A DNA stretch of 64,000 bases from an uncultured Alphaproteobacteria bacterium. Lineage in GTDB: Bacteria; Pseudomonadota; Alphaproteobacteria; Rhodobacterales; Rhodobacteraceae. The notes beneath the pieces were generated by a model. That model did not search any database. It saw only the letters and a list, made by a program, of their open reading frames with translations, and was not told where the DNA came from. The translations under genes were made by a program, and so were the position numbers. The stretch is taken from assembly GCA_902611475.1 (NCBI GenBank), contig CACLZW010000006.1:10720-74719 (forward strand), in the 5' to 3' direction. Shown here one piece after another: positions 45,702 to 55,926 of this stretch. Every line of letters begins with the position of its first letter. Position 1 is the stretch's first letter.

Positions 45702-47342
45702 ATGAGAGAGAAAATTGACTATGATTTGGTTATTGTTGGGGGGGGACCAGCCGGTTTGTCAGCTGCAATTAAAGCAAAGCAAATTGACCCTGAACTTAAC
45801 ATTGTTGTTCTAGAAAAGGGATCAGAAATAGGGTCGCATATTTTATCAGGAGCAGTCTTGGACACGTCAGGTATAGATTTACTGATACCAGACTGGAAAG
45901 AAACTGATATTCCAATTCGCACAAAAGTTAATGAAGATAACTTTTATCTTTTTGGCCCAGCTGGGCAGGTCAAAATCCCTAATTTTTTACTTCCCCCGCT
46001 GATGAATAACCATGGAAATTATATCGTATCTATGGGCAATGTATGTCGATGGTTAGCGGGGCAAGCAGAGAGTCTAGGTGTAGATATATTTCCGGGTATG
46101 GCCTGCAGCGATTTGGTTTTTGGTAAAAGTGGAGAAGTTATTGGAGTTATTGCTGGCGAATTTGGTTTAGATAAAGACGGAAATAAAACAGAGGGATATG
46201 AACCTGGTATGGAAGTCCTAGGTAAGTACGTTCTACTTAGCGAAGGGGTGAGAGGCTCTTTAACTAAAATTCTTATCGGAAGATATAAATTAGATGCGCA
46301 AAGCCAACCACAAAAATACGGTCTTGGAATGAAAGAGATTTGGGAAATAGACCCTAAATTTCATAAAGAAGGAAAAGTAATGCACTCCATGGGATGGCCA
46401 TTAGGAGGCAACGCAGGAGGTGGATCATTCTGCTATCATGCAGAAAATAATCAAATTTACCTAGGGTTTGTCGTTCATTTAAACTACGAGAATCCTCATG
46501 TCTTTCCATATATGGAGTTTCAAAAATTTAAACACCATCCTATGATTAAGGGAATGCTAGAGGGAGCTAAAAGGATATCCTACGGAGCGAGGGCTATAAC
46601 TGAAGGAGGATATCAGTCGATTCCGAAGCTTGCTTTCCCCGGTGGGTTAATACTTGGGTGTTCTGCAGGTCTAGTAAATGTTCCACGAATAAAGGGAAAC
46701 CATAATGCAATGATCTCCGGAATCACTGCAGCAGAGATAGCATGCAAAGCAATAAAAAAAGGGTTACAAAATACGGAACTGAATGAATATGATAAAGAAA
46801 TAAAGGATGGAAAAGTTGGTTCAGATTTAAAGCCTGTGAAGAATGTCAAGCCCATTTGGTCTCGTTTTGGTTTATTAGCCTCATTGATAATTGGTGGAAT
46901 AGACATGTGGATAGCAAACTTAAGCGGGATGAATATTTTTGGCACTTTGAAACATGGTAAAAATGACGCAAAAAGCACCAAGCCAGCAAAAAACTTTAAA
47001 GAAATCGAGTATCCAAAGCCAGATGGAAAGATTAGTTTTGATAGACTAACAAATGTGAGCTTCTCTGGAACAAACCACGAGGAAAACCAGCCCTGTCATC
47101 TGTTTTTAAAGAATAAAAATATTCCGATAAAAAAAAATCTCCCATTATTTGCTGAGCCTGCTCAAAGATATTGTCCAGCAGGAGTCTATGAAGTTCTTGA
47201 GAAGCGTAAGAATTCTTTTACATTTCAAATAAACTCACAAAATTGCGTGCACTGCAAAACATGTGATATTAAGGATCCGAGCGAAAATATAACTTGGAAA
47301 ACACCTCAAGGGGGAGATGGTCCAAATTATCCAAATATGTAG
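45702..47342 (+). CDS. electron-transfer flavoprotein:ubiquinone oxidoreductase
   Basis: VIVGGGPAGLSAAI FAD motif. C-terminal 4Fe-4S region RYCPAGVYE...CVHCKTCDIKDP...W..PQGGDGPNY. Confidence 0.95.
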   Translation: MREKIDYDLVIVGGGPAGLSAAIKAKQIDPELNIVVLEKGSEIGSHILSGAVLDTSGIDLLIPDWKETDIPIRTKVNEDNFYLFGPAGQVKIPNFLLPPLMNNHGNYIVSMGNVCRWLAGQAESLGVDIFPGMACSDLVFGKSGEVIGVIAGEFGLDKDGNKTEGYEPGMEVLGKYVLLSEGVRGSLTKILIGRYKLDAQSQPQKYGLGMKEIWEIDPKFHKEGKVMHSMGWPLGGNAGGGSFCYHAENNQIYLGFVVHLNYENPHVFPYMEFQKFKHHPMIKGMLEGAKRISYGARAITEGGYQSIPKLAFPGGLILGCSAGLVNVPRIKGNHNAMISGITAAEIACKAIKKGLQNTELNEYDKEIKDGKVGSDLKPVKNVKPIWSRFGLLASLIIGGIDMWIANLSGMNIFGTLKHGKNDAKSTKPAKNFKEIEYPKPDGKISFDRLTNVSFSGTNHEENQPCHLFLKNKNIPIKKNLPLFAEPAQRYCPAGVYEVLEKRKNSFTFQINSQNCVHCKTCDIKDPSENITWKTPQGGDGPNYPNM

Positions 47343-47352
47343 GTTAATTGGT

Positions 47353-49014
47353 ATGCCACTGCTTAAACCTTTAATTGTAGCTTTTTTTACACTTTGGCAT
47401 TTTTCGGTCACCTTTGTTCTAGCTAACTCGGGCTCATATATTGCTGGGCAATTTGCTGAAAAAGAAGGCGATTTCAAAAATGCCTCCTACTATTATATAG
47501 ATCTCATTTCTAGAGGAGATTCTGGAAGAGAAATTATCACGAGAAGTATTATCTACGCAGCCTTGGCTGGAAATTTCGAAATTGCGACAGCAATATCGCG
47601 AAAAGTTGATGACCTTCAACTTAATTACCCTGGCGCAAATTTAATTATTTTTGCTGAAGCTGTAAAGAAGAGAGAAAATTCAGAGATATTAAGAGCATTC
47701 GAACGCCACAAGAAAAGTTTTCCTGATATTTTTAAGATAGTTACAGAATTTTGGATCTTGATTATTGATAACAAAAAAGACGAAGCTTTTAGTTTGATCA
47801 ATTCAATAAGTATCAACAACGAAGCTCAACTTCAAATTATTAACTATAATCAACTATTAGCATATGTATATTTTAATGAATATGAGCAAGCTAAAACACT
47901 CTATGAAAATATGGAATTCAGTAATTTTCTTTTTGACTCCGAGTCTGCTTTAGCTTTAGTTCAATACTTTCAAAAATATAAAGAAAGCGGAGTGTCTGAA
48001 AGCATAATACGCAAGGCTCGGTCTGCTAGTGATAACGCGTATTATATACAAGCCCTCAAAAACAAGCTTTCTAATGGTGAGGTTAGTGATTCTATTAGAA
48101 TAACCCCTTACAAGCAGATAGCTGAGGTATTCTTTAGATGGTCACAATCTATCCAGCGAGGAGAGGAAAATATTATCAATAAGTCGTTTTACTTATCCCT
48201 TGCAAATTTCGCAGATCCGACCAGCTCATTCTTGAAATTTAATCTTGCTACCACACTTAGCGATACTGGGAACTATGGTCTATCCAAAGAAATTTTAGAT
48301 AACTTTTCAAACGACGATGTTTTCTTTATGGATAGCATTGTTGAAAATTCATTTGCTATCGAGCAACTGGATAGTAATGAGTCAGCATTAGAATATATTG
48401 AGCAATTTATAATTGATGGATATTCAAACGCTAGGTTATTGAAAACTTATGGTAGCCTGCAACGGAGTATGAGCTTGTTTCAGGAAGCCACCAAGTCCTA
48501 TACTAGAGCAATAGAAGTAGCAAAAAGAGAGAAGTATACTGAGGCTATTTGGCCAATCTTATTCTTGAGGGGGATTTCATTCGAAAGGTCAAAGAATTGG
48601 GTTTTAGCTGAATCTGACTTTATAAGTGCTCTAGAACTGAGCCCAGATCAACCACAGATTCTCAATTATATGGGGTATAGCTTACTAGAACGGAAAGAGA
48701 AATTAGATCAAGCTTTGAAAATGATTATAACTGCAGCTGAGAAGTCCCCAGATAGCTATCATATAATTGACTCTTTAGGTTGGGCATACTACAAAAAAGG
48801 AGAGTTTGGAAAAGCCTTGTCATATTTAGAAAAGGCGATGGGAATTGAATCTACAGACCCAATAGTAAACGATCATCTAGGGGACGTATTATGGATGTTG
48901 GGTAGAAAAAGGGAGGCTAAATTTCAATGGAAAAAGTCACTCTCGTTCAATCCTGAGGCTGTGGATCAAAAAAATACAGAAGATAAATTAAAGTTCGGAC
49001 TAAATGTAAGATAA
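47353..49014 (+). CDS. tetratricopeptide-repeat protein with N-terminal signal peptide
   Basis: ORF 47317..49014. The ATG at 47353 (MPLLKPLIVAFFTLWHFSVTFVLANS) avoids overlap with the ETF-QO gene. C-terminal TPR units (ALELSPDQPQILNYMGYSL, DSLGWAYYKKGEFGKALSYLEKA). Upstream-of-ispE position is conserved in Alphaproteobacteria. Confidence 0.75.
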   Translation: MPLLKPLIVAFFTLWHFSVTFVLANSGSYIAGQFAEKEGDFKNASYYYIDLISRGDSGREIITRSIIYAALAGNFEIATAISRKVDDLQLNYPGANLIIFAEAVKKRENSEILRAFERHKKSFPDIFKIVTEFWILIIDNKKDEAFSLINSISINNEAQLQIINYNQLLAYVYFNEYEQAKTLYENMEFSNFLFDSESALALVQYFQKYKESGVSESIIRKARSASDNAYYIQALKNKLSNGEVSDSIRITPYKQIAEVFFRWSQSIQRGEENIINKSFYLSLANFADPTSSFLKFNLATTLSDTGNYGLSKEILDNFSNDDVFFMDSIVENSFAIEQLDSNESALEYIEQFIIDGYSNARLLKTYGSLQRSMSLFQEATKSYTRAIEVAKREKYTEAIWPILFLRGISFERSKNWVLAESDFISALELSPDQPQILNYMGYSLLERKEKLDQALKMIITAAEKSPDSYHIIDSLGWAYYKKGEFGKALSYLEKAMGIESTDPIVNDHLGDVLWMLGRKREAKFQWKKSLSFNPEAVDQKNTEDKLKFGLNVR

Positions 49015-49020
49015 AGAAGA

Positions 49021-49878
49021 TTGGGATCGTTGGAAGATATTACTAGTGAGGAAAAGGGATACGCCAAGATTAACCTTGCTCTTCATGTCACAGGAATTCA
49101 AGAAGATGGTTACCATACTCTTGATAGCATAGTGGTTTTCACAGATGTATTCGACAGGCTATTTTTTAAAGATTCGTTAAAAAATGTGGTAACGTTGACA
49201 GGAGAATTTTCTAAGTCAATAAATGTTCGAGAAAACTCGATATTACAAGCATTAAAACTATTTGATAATGGACTCACAGATCGTTTTTCTATTAATCTTG
49301 AAAAAAATCTGCCAATAGGTGCTGGTTTGGGTGGTGGCTCAGCAGACGCTGCGGCAGTGATAAGATTTATAACAAATAATAGCAAGCACTTATTGCCCTC
49401 TTCTAAGGCTTTATCAAAAATTGGAGCAGACATTCCAGCTTGTGTATTAAGTGCAGCATCGAGAGTAGGAGGAATTGGGGAGATTGTTCAACCTTTAGAT
49501 ATTTCAGAAATTAATTTATGGGTTGTTTTAGTAAACCCAGACATATTCGTATCGACAGCCAGCATATTCGAAGAGGTTAATGAAAAATATAATCAACCAT
49601 TAGAGTCCTTTATTGATTTTAATAGCACGGATCAATTTATAGACTATCTTAAGAGGCAGAGAAATGACCTTCAAACTATCGCAATCAACAAACATCCAGA
49701 AATCAACGAAGTACTCGATACCATTGAGGAAACGGAGGATGTTTTGCTTTCCAGAATGTCCGGTTCAGGATCTACTTGTTTTGGTCTATACAGAAACCAA
49801 GATATTGCAAAAAAAGCGGTAAGTTATATCAGTAAAAAAAGTGATAAATGGTGGATTAAATTTTCTAAAATAAATTAA
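49021..49878 (+). CDS. ispE: 4-(cytidine 5'-diphospho)-2-C-methyl-D-erythritol kinase
   Basis: AKINLALHV, GHMP kinase motif LPIGAGLGGGSADAAA, MSGSGSTCFG. TTG start. Confidence 0.9.
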   Translation: MGSLEDITSEEKGYAKINLALHVTGIQEDGYHTLDSIVVFTDVFDRLFFKDSLKNVVTLTGEFSKSINVRENSILQALKLFDNGLTDRFSINLEKNLPIGAGLGGGSADAAAVIRFITNNSKHLLPSSKALSKIGADIPACVLSAASRVGGIGEIVQPLDISEINLWVVLVNPDIFVSTASIFEEVNEKYNQPLESFIDFNSTDQFIDYLKRQRNDLQTIAINKHPEINEVLDTIEETEDVLLSRMSGSGSTCFGLYRNQDIAKKAVSYISKKSDKWWIKFSKIN

Positions 49879-50858
49879 GATACTCTATCCAAAATTTCTT
49901 GAGCGAGCTCTATCATCAAGGTCTTAATTTCTGAGTTTTCTATTATCTGTAAAGCGTTTATGGATCTTTCAGTCCATATTAAAGCCTGATTTTTTGTATA
50001 AAGTAGAGATTTGCTGCTTTCCAAGATTTCCAGAAGATCAGTGAGATCACTATGATTTGGTAAAGGCTTTTGAAAAAGCTCTTTTATAAATTTCTTTTTA
50101 GCTTTGGAAGACTTTTCATATGCATGAATTATTGGGAGAGTTATTTTTTTTTCGAAGAAATCGTTCCCCCTATTTTTCCCCATTTTATTCTCATTACCCA
50201 AGTAATCTAAGAGATCATCTATGAGTTGGAAACTGGTTCCAATACACTCCCCATACTCTTGAAGAGCGTCTACGTGTAAATGGCGCGCGTTAGTTATTTC
50301 TGCTCCTGCCTGACATGCCGCTGAAAAAAGAGCTGATGTCTTACCTTTAATTACTTTTAAGTAGTCTTCTTTTGACGCATCAAGTTTTTTTTCAATACCA
50401 ACTTGTAGAATTTCGCCCTGTGAAATAATAGAAGAGGCGTCTGACAAGGTTTTCATTATTCTCAAAGACCCAGTTCTAACCATGAGCTGAAATGCCCTTG
50501 AAAATAGATAATCTCCAACTAGAATAGAATACTTGTTTGTCCAGATTATATTTGCTGTCTTTAAACCTCTTCTTTTTTCACTACGATCAATTACGTCATC
50601 GTGGAGCAGAGTAGCTGAATGTATGTATTCAATAGCAGCTGCCAAAAGGGTATCCTTGTCTCCCTGATAGTCAAAAAGTTTGGCAACAGTCAAAGTTAAC
50701 AGTGGTCGAATTCTCTTTCCACCAGAATTAATTAGATGAGAAGCAATATCCCCAATAATTGTAGTTTCTTTTGAGCTAAGATTTTCCTCAATCACTTGGT
50801 TTGTAACTCTAACTTTTTCAGACAGTAAATCGGAAAGTTTTGATATAGAGGTTGTCAA
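49875..50858 (-). CDS. ispB: polyprenyl diphosphate synthase (octaprenyl-type)
   Basis: First DDxxD region LLHDDVIDRSEKRRG and second DDLLDY. TTG start. Confidence 0.88.
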   Translation of the reverse strand: MTTSISKLSDLLSEKVRVTNQVIEENLSSKETTIIGDIASHLINSGGKRIRPLLTLTVAKLFDYQGDKDTLLAAAIEYIHSATLLHDDVIDRSEKRRGLKTANIIWTNKYSILVGDYLFSRAFQLMVRTGSLRIMKTLSDASSIISQGEILQVGIEKKLDASKEDYLKVIKGKTSALFSAACQAGAEITNARHLHVDALQEYGECIGTSFQLIDDLLDYLGNENKMGKNRGNDFFEKKITLPIIHAYEKSSKAKKKFIKELFQKPLPNHSDLTDLLEILESSKSLLYTKNQALIWTERSINALQIIENSEIKTLMIELAQEILDRVS

Positions 50859-50947
50859 ATTATATTTTCCAGTTGGTGTTATAACTAATAGGATTTGTGT
50901 TTATAAAAACTATTGGCAATTGAAAAGATAAATTATAAAAATTTTTT

Positions 50948-51706
50948 ATGAATTATAGTGATAAAGAATTAACAAAAAATAAGTTTTTGGGCAACAAATT
51001 AGAAATACTCCAGTTTTCTGAGGGCTATAGAGGGAATATGGATTCCGTTTTAGTGGCAGCATCAGTTGCCGCAGAAAGTGGTCAAAAAGTATTAGAGCTC
51101 GGTTGTGGAAATGGAGTAGCGTTGTGCTGCCTATTGTATAGAGTTAGTGGACTAGAAGTCTTTGGGGTTGAAATGGATAAAAGTGCAGCCGACCTTTGTA
51201 AACGAAATGTTGATCTTAATAAGTTTAAAGCTACGATTTTCAACATTAATATAGCAAATACCACAAGAGAGTTGAAATCTGTATCATTTGATCATGTTTT
51301 TATGAATCCTCCATATTTTAAGAAAAATTCAGTTAAGAAGTCTAATACATTAAGTTCTTATCAGGCTAAAGTTGAAAGCATGCCGCTATCTGCATGGTTT
51401 TCAGTAGCAAAGAATAGGTGTAAACCAAACGGTAAAATTACGATTATTCAAAGAGTGGAAAGGCTTCCCGATATAATCAAATGCTTAAACGGTTACTTTG
51501 GTCAAGTAACCGTTCAGCCGATTAGTTCCTTTAAACACACCAGTCCTAAAACGGTAATCGTTCAAGCAACTAAAACTAGTAGTGCTCCCTTCAAATTGTT
51601 AGCCCCAAAAATAGTACATCGAATGGACGGAATATCAGGTAAGACGGTTTACGAAGATGAGTTTGAAAAAATCCTTCGTTATGGCCATCCTCTCCCATTA
51701 AATTAA
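50948..51706 (+). CDS. N6-adenine-type SAM-dependent methyltransferase (TrmN6/YfiC-like)
   Basis: SAM motif VLELGCGNGV and catalytic FMNPPYF (NPPY) motif. Confidence 0.72.
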   Translation: MNYSDKELTKNKFLGNKLEILQFSEGYRGNMDSVLVAASVAAESGQKVLELGCGNGVALCCLLYRVSGLEVFGVEMDKSAADLCKRNVDLNKFKATIFNINIANTTRELKSVSFDHVFMNPPYFKKNSVKKSNTLSSYQAKVESMPLSAWFSVAKNRCKPNGKITIIQRVERLPDIIKCLNGYFGQVTVQPISSFKHTSPKTVIVQATKTSSAPFKLLAPKIVHRMDGISGKTVYEDEFEKILRYGHPLPLN

Positions 51707-52417
51707 GTAGTGTCCACCATTAGCTGAAATTGTAGATCCAGTAATAAAACTAGAATCGTCAGCAACAAGAAACTTTACACAACGAGCAATATCGTCAGGT
51801 TCTCCCAAATGCCCTACAGGGATTTGACTCTCAGTTGCTTCAATAGCTGTCTCACTCATCGCTTTAACCATATCTGTATTTATATATCCCGGGCATATCG
51901 CATTTACAGTAATTCCTTTCCTAGCTCCTTCAAGGGCCAGTGATTTTGTGAAACCGAGTTCTCCAGCTTTTGCTGCTGAATAATTTGCTTGTCCTAACTG
52001 TCCCTTCTGTCCGTTTATTGAAGAAATATTTACAATTCTTCCAAATCCTCTTGCTCTCATCCCATCCCAAAGAGGGTGTGTCATGTTAAAGAGACCGTTT
52101 AAATTTACATTGATTACATCGCGCCACTGTTCTTGTGACATTTTGTGGAACATACCATCCCTAGTAATACCTGCATTATTTACCAGAATATCTATTGCCC
52201 CCAGTTCATCTTCAACACTTTTTATTCCGGCAACGCATTCTTCATAATTAGCGATAGACCATTTGAAAATAGCTATCTGATTTTCTTTAGAGAATTTTTT
52301 GGCTACCTCGTCGTTACCCGCGTAATTTGCTGCAACCTTGTAACCAGATTCTTTAAGTTTGATCGAAATGGCAGCACCTATTCCTCTAGTACCACCGGTT
52401 ATGAGCGCAACTCTCAT
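51698..52417 (-). CDS. phbB: acetoacetyl-CoA reductase (SDR)
   Basis: ALITGGTRGIG, NNAGITRD, YSAAKAG. Overall PhaB-like sequence (ISSINGQKGQLGQANYSAAKAGELGFTKSLALE). Confidence 0.85.
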   Translation of the reverse strand: MRVALITGGTRGIGAAISIKLKESGYKVAANYAGNDEVAKKFSKENQIAIFKWSIANYEECVAGIKSVEDELGAIDILVNNAGITRDGMFHKMSQEQWRDVINVNLNGLFNMTHPLWDGMRARGFGRIVNISSINGQKGQLGQANYSAAKAGELGFTKSLALEGARKGITVNAICPGYINTDMVKAMSETAIEATESQIPVGHLGEPDDIARCVKFLVADDSSFITGSTISANGGHYLI

Positions 52418-52560
52418 ATTAAAGCTCCCATTAATGTGAATTTCATACGTGTAATTCCTTTAATTTTAATTATTTTATTAGTCAATACAAACACTCTTCA
52501 TGTAAGAACTTTTTACGCTTAAAAGGTAAATTTCCTATTATTTAAATCAAATAAAAGCGC

Positions 52561-53136
52561 TCATTTCGTCTTTAATAATTTTTTAAAAAATAAGCGAACA
52601 TCTGTTGTATCCCAATCAATATCTCCTATAACACGGCCAATTTCTATACCCATAGGATCAATTACTACTGTTGTTGGAAGGGCAGTAACGCCATATTTTA
52701 CAGCAATTCTCCCTTTTGGGTCTCTATATTTTTTGAGATTAATTAAATTATTAACATCAAAAAAAGCATCAATAGCTTCTTTCGAGTTTCTTCCTGATGC
52801 TATGGTTATTATTCGGATACCTTCATGTTTCATATTTTGGGCAAGACTATTAAGTGACGGCATCTCTTTTTTACATGGAGCGCACCAAGTGGCCCAGAAG
52901 TTTATTATCAGAATATCTTCTTTATAACCAATCTCAACAATATCTCCATTGGCATCCAAAACAAGGGGGTTTGAAAGCATCACTGTGCCCTCTGAAAAAA
53001 TAAATTTTCTTAGCTCTCCCCTTATAATATCTTTAGTTTTTTCCGCATATTTACTCTCAGCAATAGCTGAAATTGAAAAAAAAAGATTTACGATAAGTAT
53101 TAAAGGCCCTAGTTTTAGCATTGACATCGTGTACAT
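52561..53136 (-). CDS. tlpA: TlpA-family thiol:disulfide oxidoreductase (periplasmic thioredoxin-like)
   Basis: Signal/anchor N-terminus, FWATWCAPCKKEMP redox motif. Divergent from argH, as in other Alphaproteobacteria. Confidence 0.82.
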   Translation of the reverse strand: MYTMSMLKLGPLILIVNLFFSISAIAESKYAEKTKDIIRGELRKFIFSEGTVMLSNPLVLDANGDIVEIGYKEDILIINFWATWCAPCKKEMPSLNSLAQNMKHEGIRIITIASGRNSKEAIDAFFDVNNLINLKKYRDPKGRIAVKYGVTALPTTVVIDPMGIEIGRVIGDIDWDTTDVRLFFKKLLKTK

Positions 53137-53164
53137 GATCTATGATGTAGTGGTGGAGTTAAAA

Positions 53165-54562
53165 ATGTCTAATAAGAAAAAATCAAATGAAATGTGGGGA
53201 GGGAGGTTTTCTGAGAAGTCTACTGATCTTCTTACAAAAATAAATTCTTCGATAGATATTGATAAACGACTAGCATTTGAGGATATTTTAGGTTCACAAG
53301 CCCATGTTGAGATGCTCGCTAAAATGAATATCATAACCAAACAAACAAAAACAAAGATATTGAGCGGATTAAAAAAAATAGAGAAGGAGTTAAAAAACGG
53401 TGATTTCGTTTTTGACAACTTGTTAGAAGACATTCATATGAATATAGAATCGAGGTTAGGAGAAATAATAGGCTCAGAGGCAGGTCATATACACACCGCC
53501 AGGTCTAGAAATGATCAAGTCGTTACTGACTTTAGACTGTGGATAAGGAAAGCTATTGAAGAGATAGAGTTTGAACTATCAAGACTCCAGATGACCATCC
53601 TAAAAAAAGCAGAGCAAAATATAGCAATAATTTTCCCAGGTTACACTCATCTGCAGGTTGCTCAACCCGTAAGATTCAGTCATCACTTACTTGCCTATTT
53701 AGAAATGTTCGGGAGAGATTTAGAAAGATTTAAGCAAACTAAAGAGAGATTAAATGAATGCCCTCTGGGGGCAGCTGCTTTGGCTGGAACTTCTTTCCCG
53801 ATTGATAGGTTTTATACAGCAAAAACGCTTGGGTTTAGTACTCCAATGAGAAATAGTATGGATGCAGTGTCTGACAGGGACTTTGTTTTAGAATTTTTAT
53901 CTGACTCTGCCATTACCATGGTACATTTTAGTAGATTAGCAGAAGAACTTATTCTTTGGGGATCGATAGAGTTTGACTTTATTTCGCTACCCGATTCTCT
54001 CGTCACGGGCTCTTCAATAATGCCACAGAAGAAAAATCCTGATGCTGCTGAACTTATTCGTGCTAAGACTGGTCGAGTTAATGCGGCGCTTCTATCTCTC
54101 CTAACAGTAATGAAGGGCCTACCTTTAGCTTATGCTAAAGATATGCAAGAAGATAAAGAGACCGTTTTTGATACTTTTGATACTTTAATACTTGTAATAA
54201 AAATAACTCAGGAACTCATAGAAAATATGAAAGTTAAGAAAAAAAATATGTATGATGCAGCATCAAAAGGGTTTTCTACAGCAACTGATTTGGCAGATTG
54301 GTTTGTTAGGGATTTAGGCATGCCATTTAGAGAGGCGCATGCGTTGACTGGAAAATTTGTGGAAGTGGCCTCTGAAAAAAATATAAAACTAAGTGAATTG
54401 AGCTTAGATGATCTCAAAAAGGTCAATCAAAAGATAAATAAAAATGTTTTTAAAGTTCTATCCCCTGAAAACTCTATTGAGTCGAGAAATAGTTTCGGTG
54501 GAACAGCATCGAGGGAAATAAAGAGACAAATTAGATTTTGGAAGAGAAGATTAAATGAGTAA
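53165..54562 (+). CDS. argH: argininosuccinate lyase
   Basis: ORF 52949..54562. Homology starts at MWGGRFSEK, so ATG 53165 was chosen. GYTHLQVAQP and GSSIMPQKKNPD signatures. Confidence 0.96.
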   Translation: MSNKKKSNEMWGGRFSEKSTDLLTKINSSIDIDKRLAFEDILGSQAHVEMLAKMNIITKQTKTKILSGLKKIEKELKNGDFVFDNLLEDIHMNIESRLGEIIGSEAGHIHTARSRNDQVVTDFRLWIRKAIEEIEFELSRLQMTILKKAEQNIAIIFPGYTHLQVAQPVRFSHHLLAYLEMFGRDLERFKQTKERLNECPLGAAALAGTSFPIDRFYTAKTLGFSTPMRNSMDAVSDRDFVLEFLSDSAITMVHFSRLAEELILWGSIEFDFISLPDSLVTGSSIMPQKKNPDAAELIRAKTGRVNAALLSLLTVMKGLPLAYAKDMQEDKETVFDTFDTLILVIKITQELIENMKVKKKNMYDAASKGFSTATDLADWFVRDLGMPFREAHALTGKFVEVASEKNIKLSELSLDDLKKVNQKINKNVFKVLSPENSIESRNSFGGTASREIKRQIRFWKRRLNE

Positions 54563-54671
54563 GTGGATGTTTTATCTTGTAATAATAGTATTTTGCCTCA
54601 ACGTTTCGGGTTGTGGTGTGAAATCATCACCATTTTTGAATAAAAAAACCAACGTTATTAAAGATGAATAA
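54555..54671 (+). CDS. small lipoprotein, LptM/YifL(LppL)-like (38 aa)
   Basis: Not in the ORF track (under 60 aa). Translation is MSKWMFYLVIIVFCLNVSGCGVKSSPFLNKKTNVIKDE. It has a basic N-terminus, a hydrophobic core and the lipobox VSGC followed by GVKSSP. It overlaps the argH stop (ATGAGTAA) and the lysA start (ATGAATAA) by 8 nt each. Small lipoprotein genes upstream of lysA/dapF are known in Proteobacteria. Confidence 0.62.
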   Translation: MSKWMFYLVIIVFCLNVSGCGVKSSPFLNKKTNVIKDE

Positions 54672-55926
54672 ATATATTTCTTACAAACTGGATCAGCTTT
54701 TCGTAGAAGATGTAGCGGTAAGCGAGATAACAAGCAATTTGAGAACCCCATTCTATGTTTATTCACGTACAAGTATAAAGGATAACTTTGATCGGTTTAC
54801 GAGATCATTAAAAGGATTGGATAGTATAATTTGTTACTCCGTAAAAGCTAATTCAAACCTCTCCGTTTTAGAAACTATTGCCAAACTTCGAGGCGGCGCT
54901 GATGTTGTTTCACTTGGAGAATACCATCGTGCATTAAAAGCAGGTATTGACCAAAAGAGAATTGTATTTTCTGGAGTAGGAAAACAGGATTTTGAAATTG
55001 CTGAGGCACTCAAATCTTCTTTGTTACAGTTTAATATAGAAAGTGTGTCTGAATTGGAGTCGATCAATAAAATAGCGATTAGTCTCAATAAACAGGCACC
55101 AATTGCTTTTAGGGTCAATCCAGACATAGACGCCGGCACACATGAAAATATTTCGACAGGTAAAGCTGATAATAAATTTGGTATTCCAATTGACAAGGCC
55201 ATAGAGGTTTACCAGTATGCGAACACACTTGAAAAAATAAAGATTGTGGGTATTGATGTACACATAGGGAGCCAAATAAGTAACTTAAATGCATTTCGTC
55301 AAACATTTGAACACTTAGCAAAGCTCATTCGCGAGCTTAAAGATATTAATATTCATTTAGAAAATATCGATATTGGTGGTGGCTTGGGCATCAAATATAC
55401 AGATGATGATTTAGAACCTGACCTGCAAGAATATAGTGCCTTGGTAAAAAATATATTAGGAAATTTAAATTGTAGAATTATTTTTGAGCCAGGCAGATTT
55501 ATAGTAGGGAATTGTGGTATTCTAGTAACAAAGGTTCTCTATAAGAAAACATCTCAAAACAAAAATTTCCTTATTACTGACGCAGGTATGAATGACTTTT
55601 CTCGAACTGCGTTATATGGTGCTGCTCACAAATTAATACCATTATCTAAAAAAAAGAGTGGAAAGACCGGAGTATTTGACGTTGTAGGGCCTGTCTGTGA
55701 GTCAACTGATACTTTTTTAAAAAACCATTATTTAGAAGGAGCAGAAGCAGGAGACTTTTTAGCTTTCTTGGACGTCGGCGCATATGGGGCAGTTCTGTCC
55801 TCTGAGTACAATACAAGACCTTTAGTCCCGGAGATTATGGTTTATAATAAACGTTATGAACTCGTCCGGTCTAGACCAACGTATGAAGAAATATTTGACA
55901 GAGAAGCTATGCCAAATTGGGAATGA
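54664..55926 (+). CDS. lysA: diaminopimelate decarboxylase
   Basis: PFYVYS, PLP-lysine region YSVKANSN, GGGLGI, EPGRFIVGN, CESTD. Confidence 0.96.
   Translation: MNKYISYKLDQLFVEDVAVSEITSNLRTPFYVYSRTSIKDNFDRFTRSLKGLDSIICYSVKANSNLSVLETIAKLRGGADVVSLGEYHRALKAGIDQKRIVFSGVGKQDFEIAEALKSSLLQFNIESVSELESINKIAISLNKQAPIAFRVNPDIDAGTHENISTGKADNKFGIPIDKAIEVYQYANTLEKIKIVGIDVHIGSQISNLNAFRQTFEHLAKLIRELKDINIHLENIDIGGGLGIKYTDDDLEPDLQEYSALVKNILGNLNCRIIFEPGRFIVGNCGILVTKVLYKKTSQNKNFLITDAGMNDFSRTALYGAAHKLIPLSKKKSGKTGVFDVVGPVCESTDTFLKNHYLEGAEAGDFLAFLDVGAYGAVLSSEYNTRPLVPEIMVYNKRYELVRSRPTYEEIFDREAMPNWE

Noticed and set aside
52949-53164. A 72-codon N-terminal extension of the argH ORF.
   Set aside because: It would overlap the divergent tlpA coding region by 188 nt. 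ArgH homology starts at MWGGRF just after the ATG at 53165.
54572-54772. A 66-aa minus-strand ORF across the argH-lysA junction.
   Set aside because: It is antisense to the lipoprotein ORF and the lysA 5' end, and it has no motifs or ribosome-binding site.
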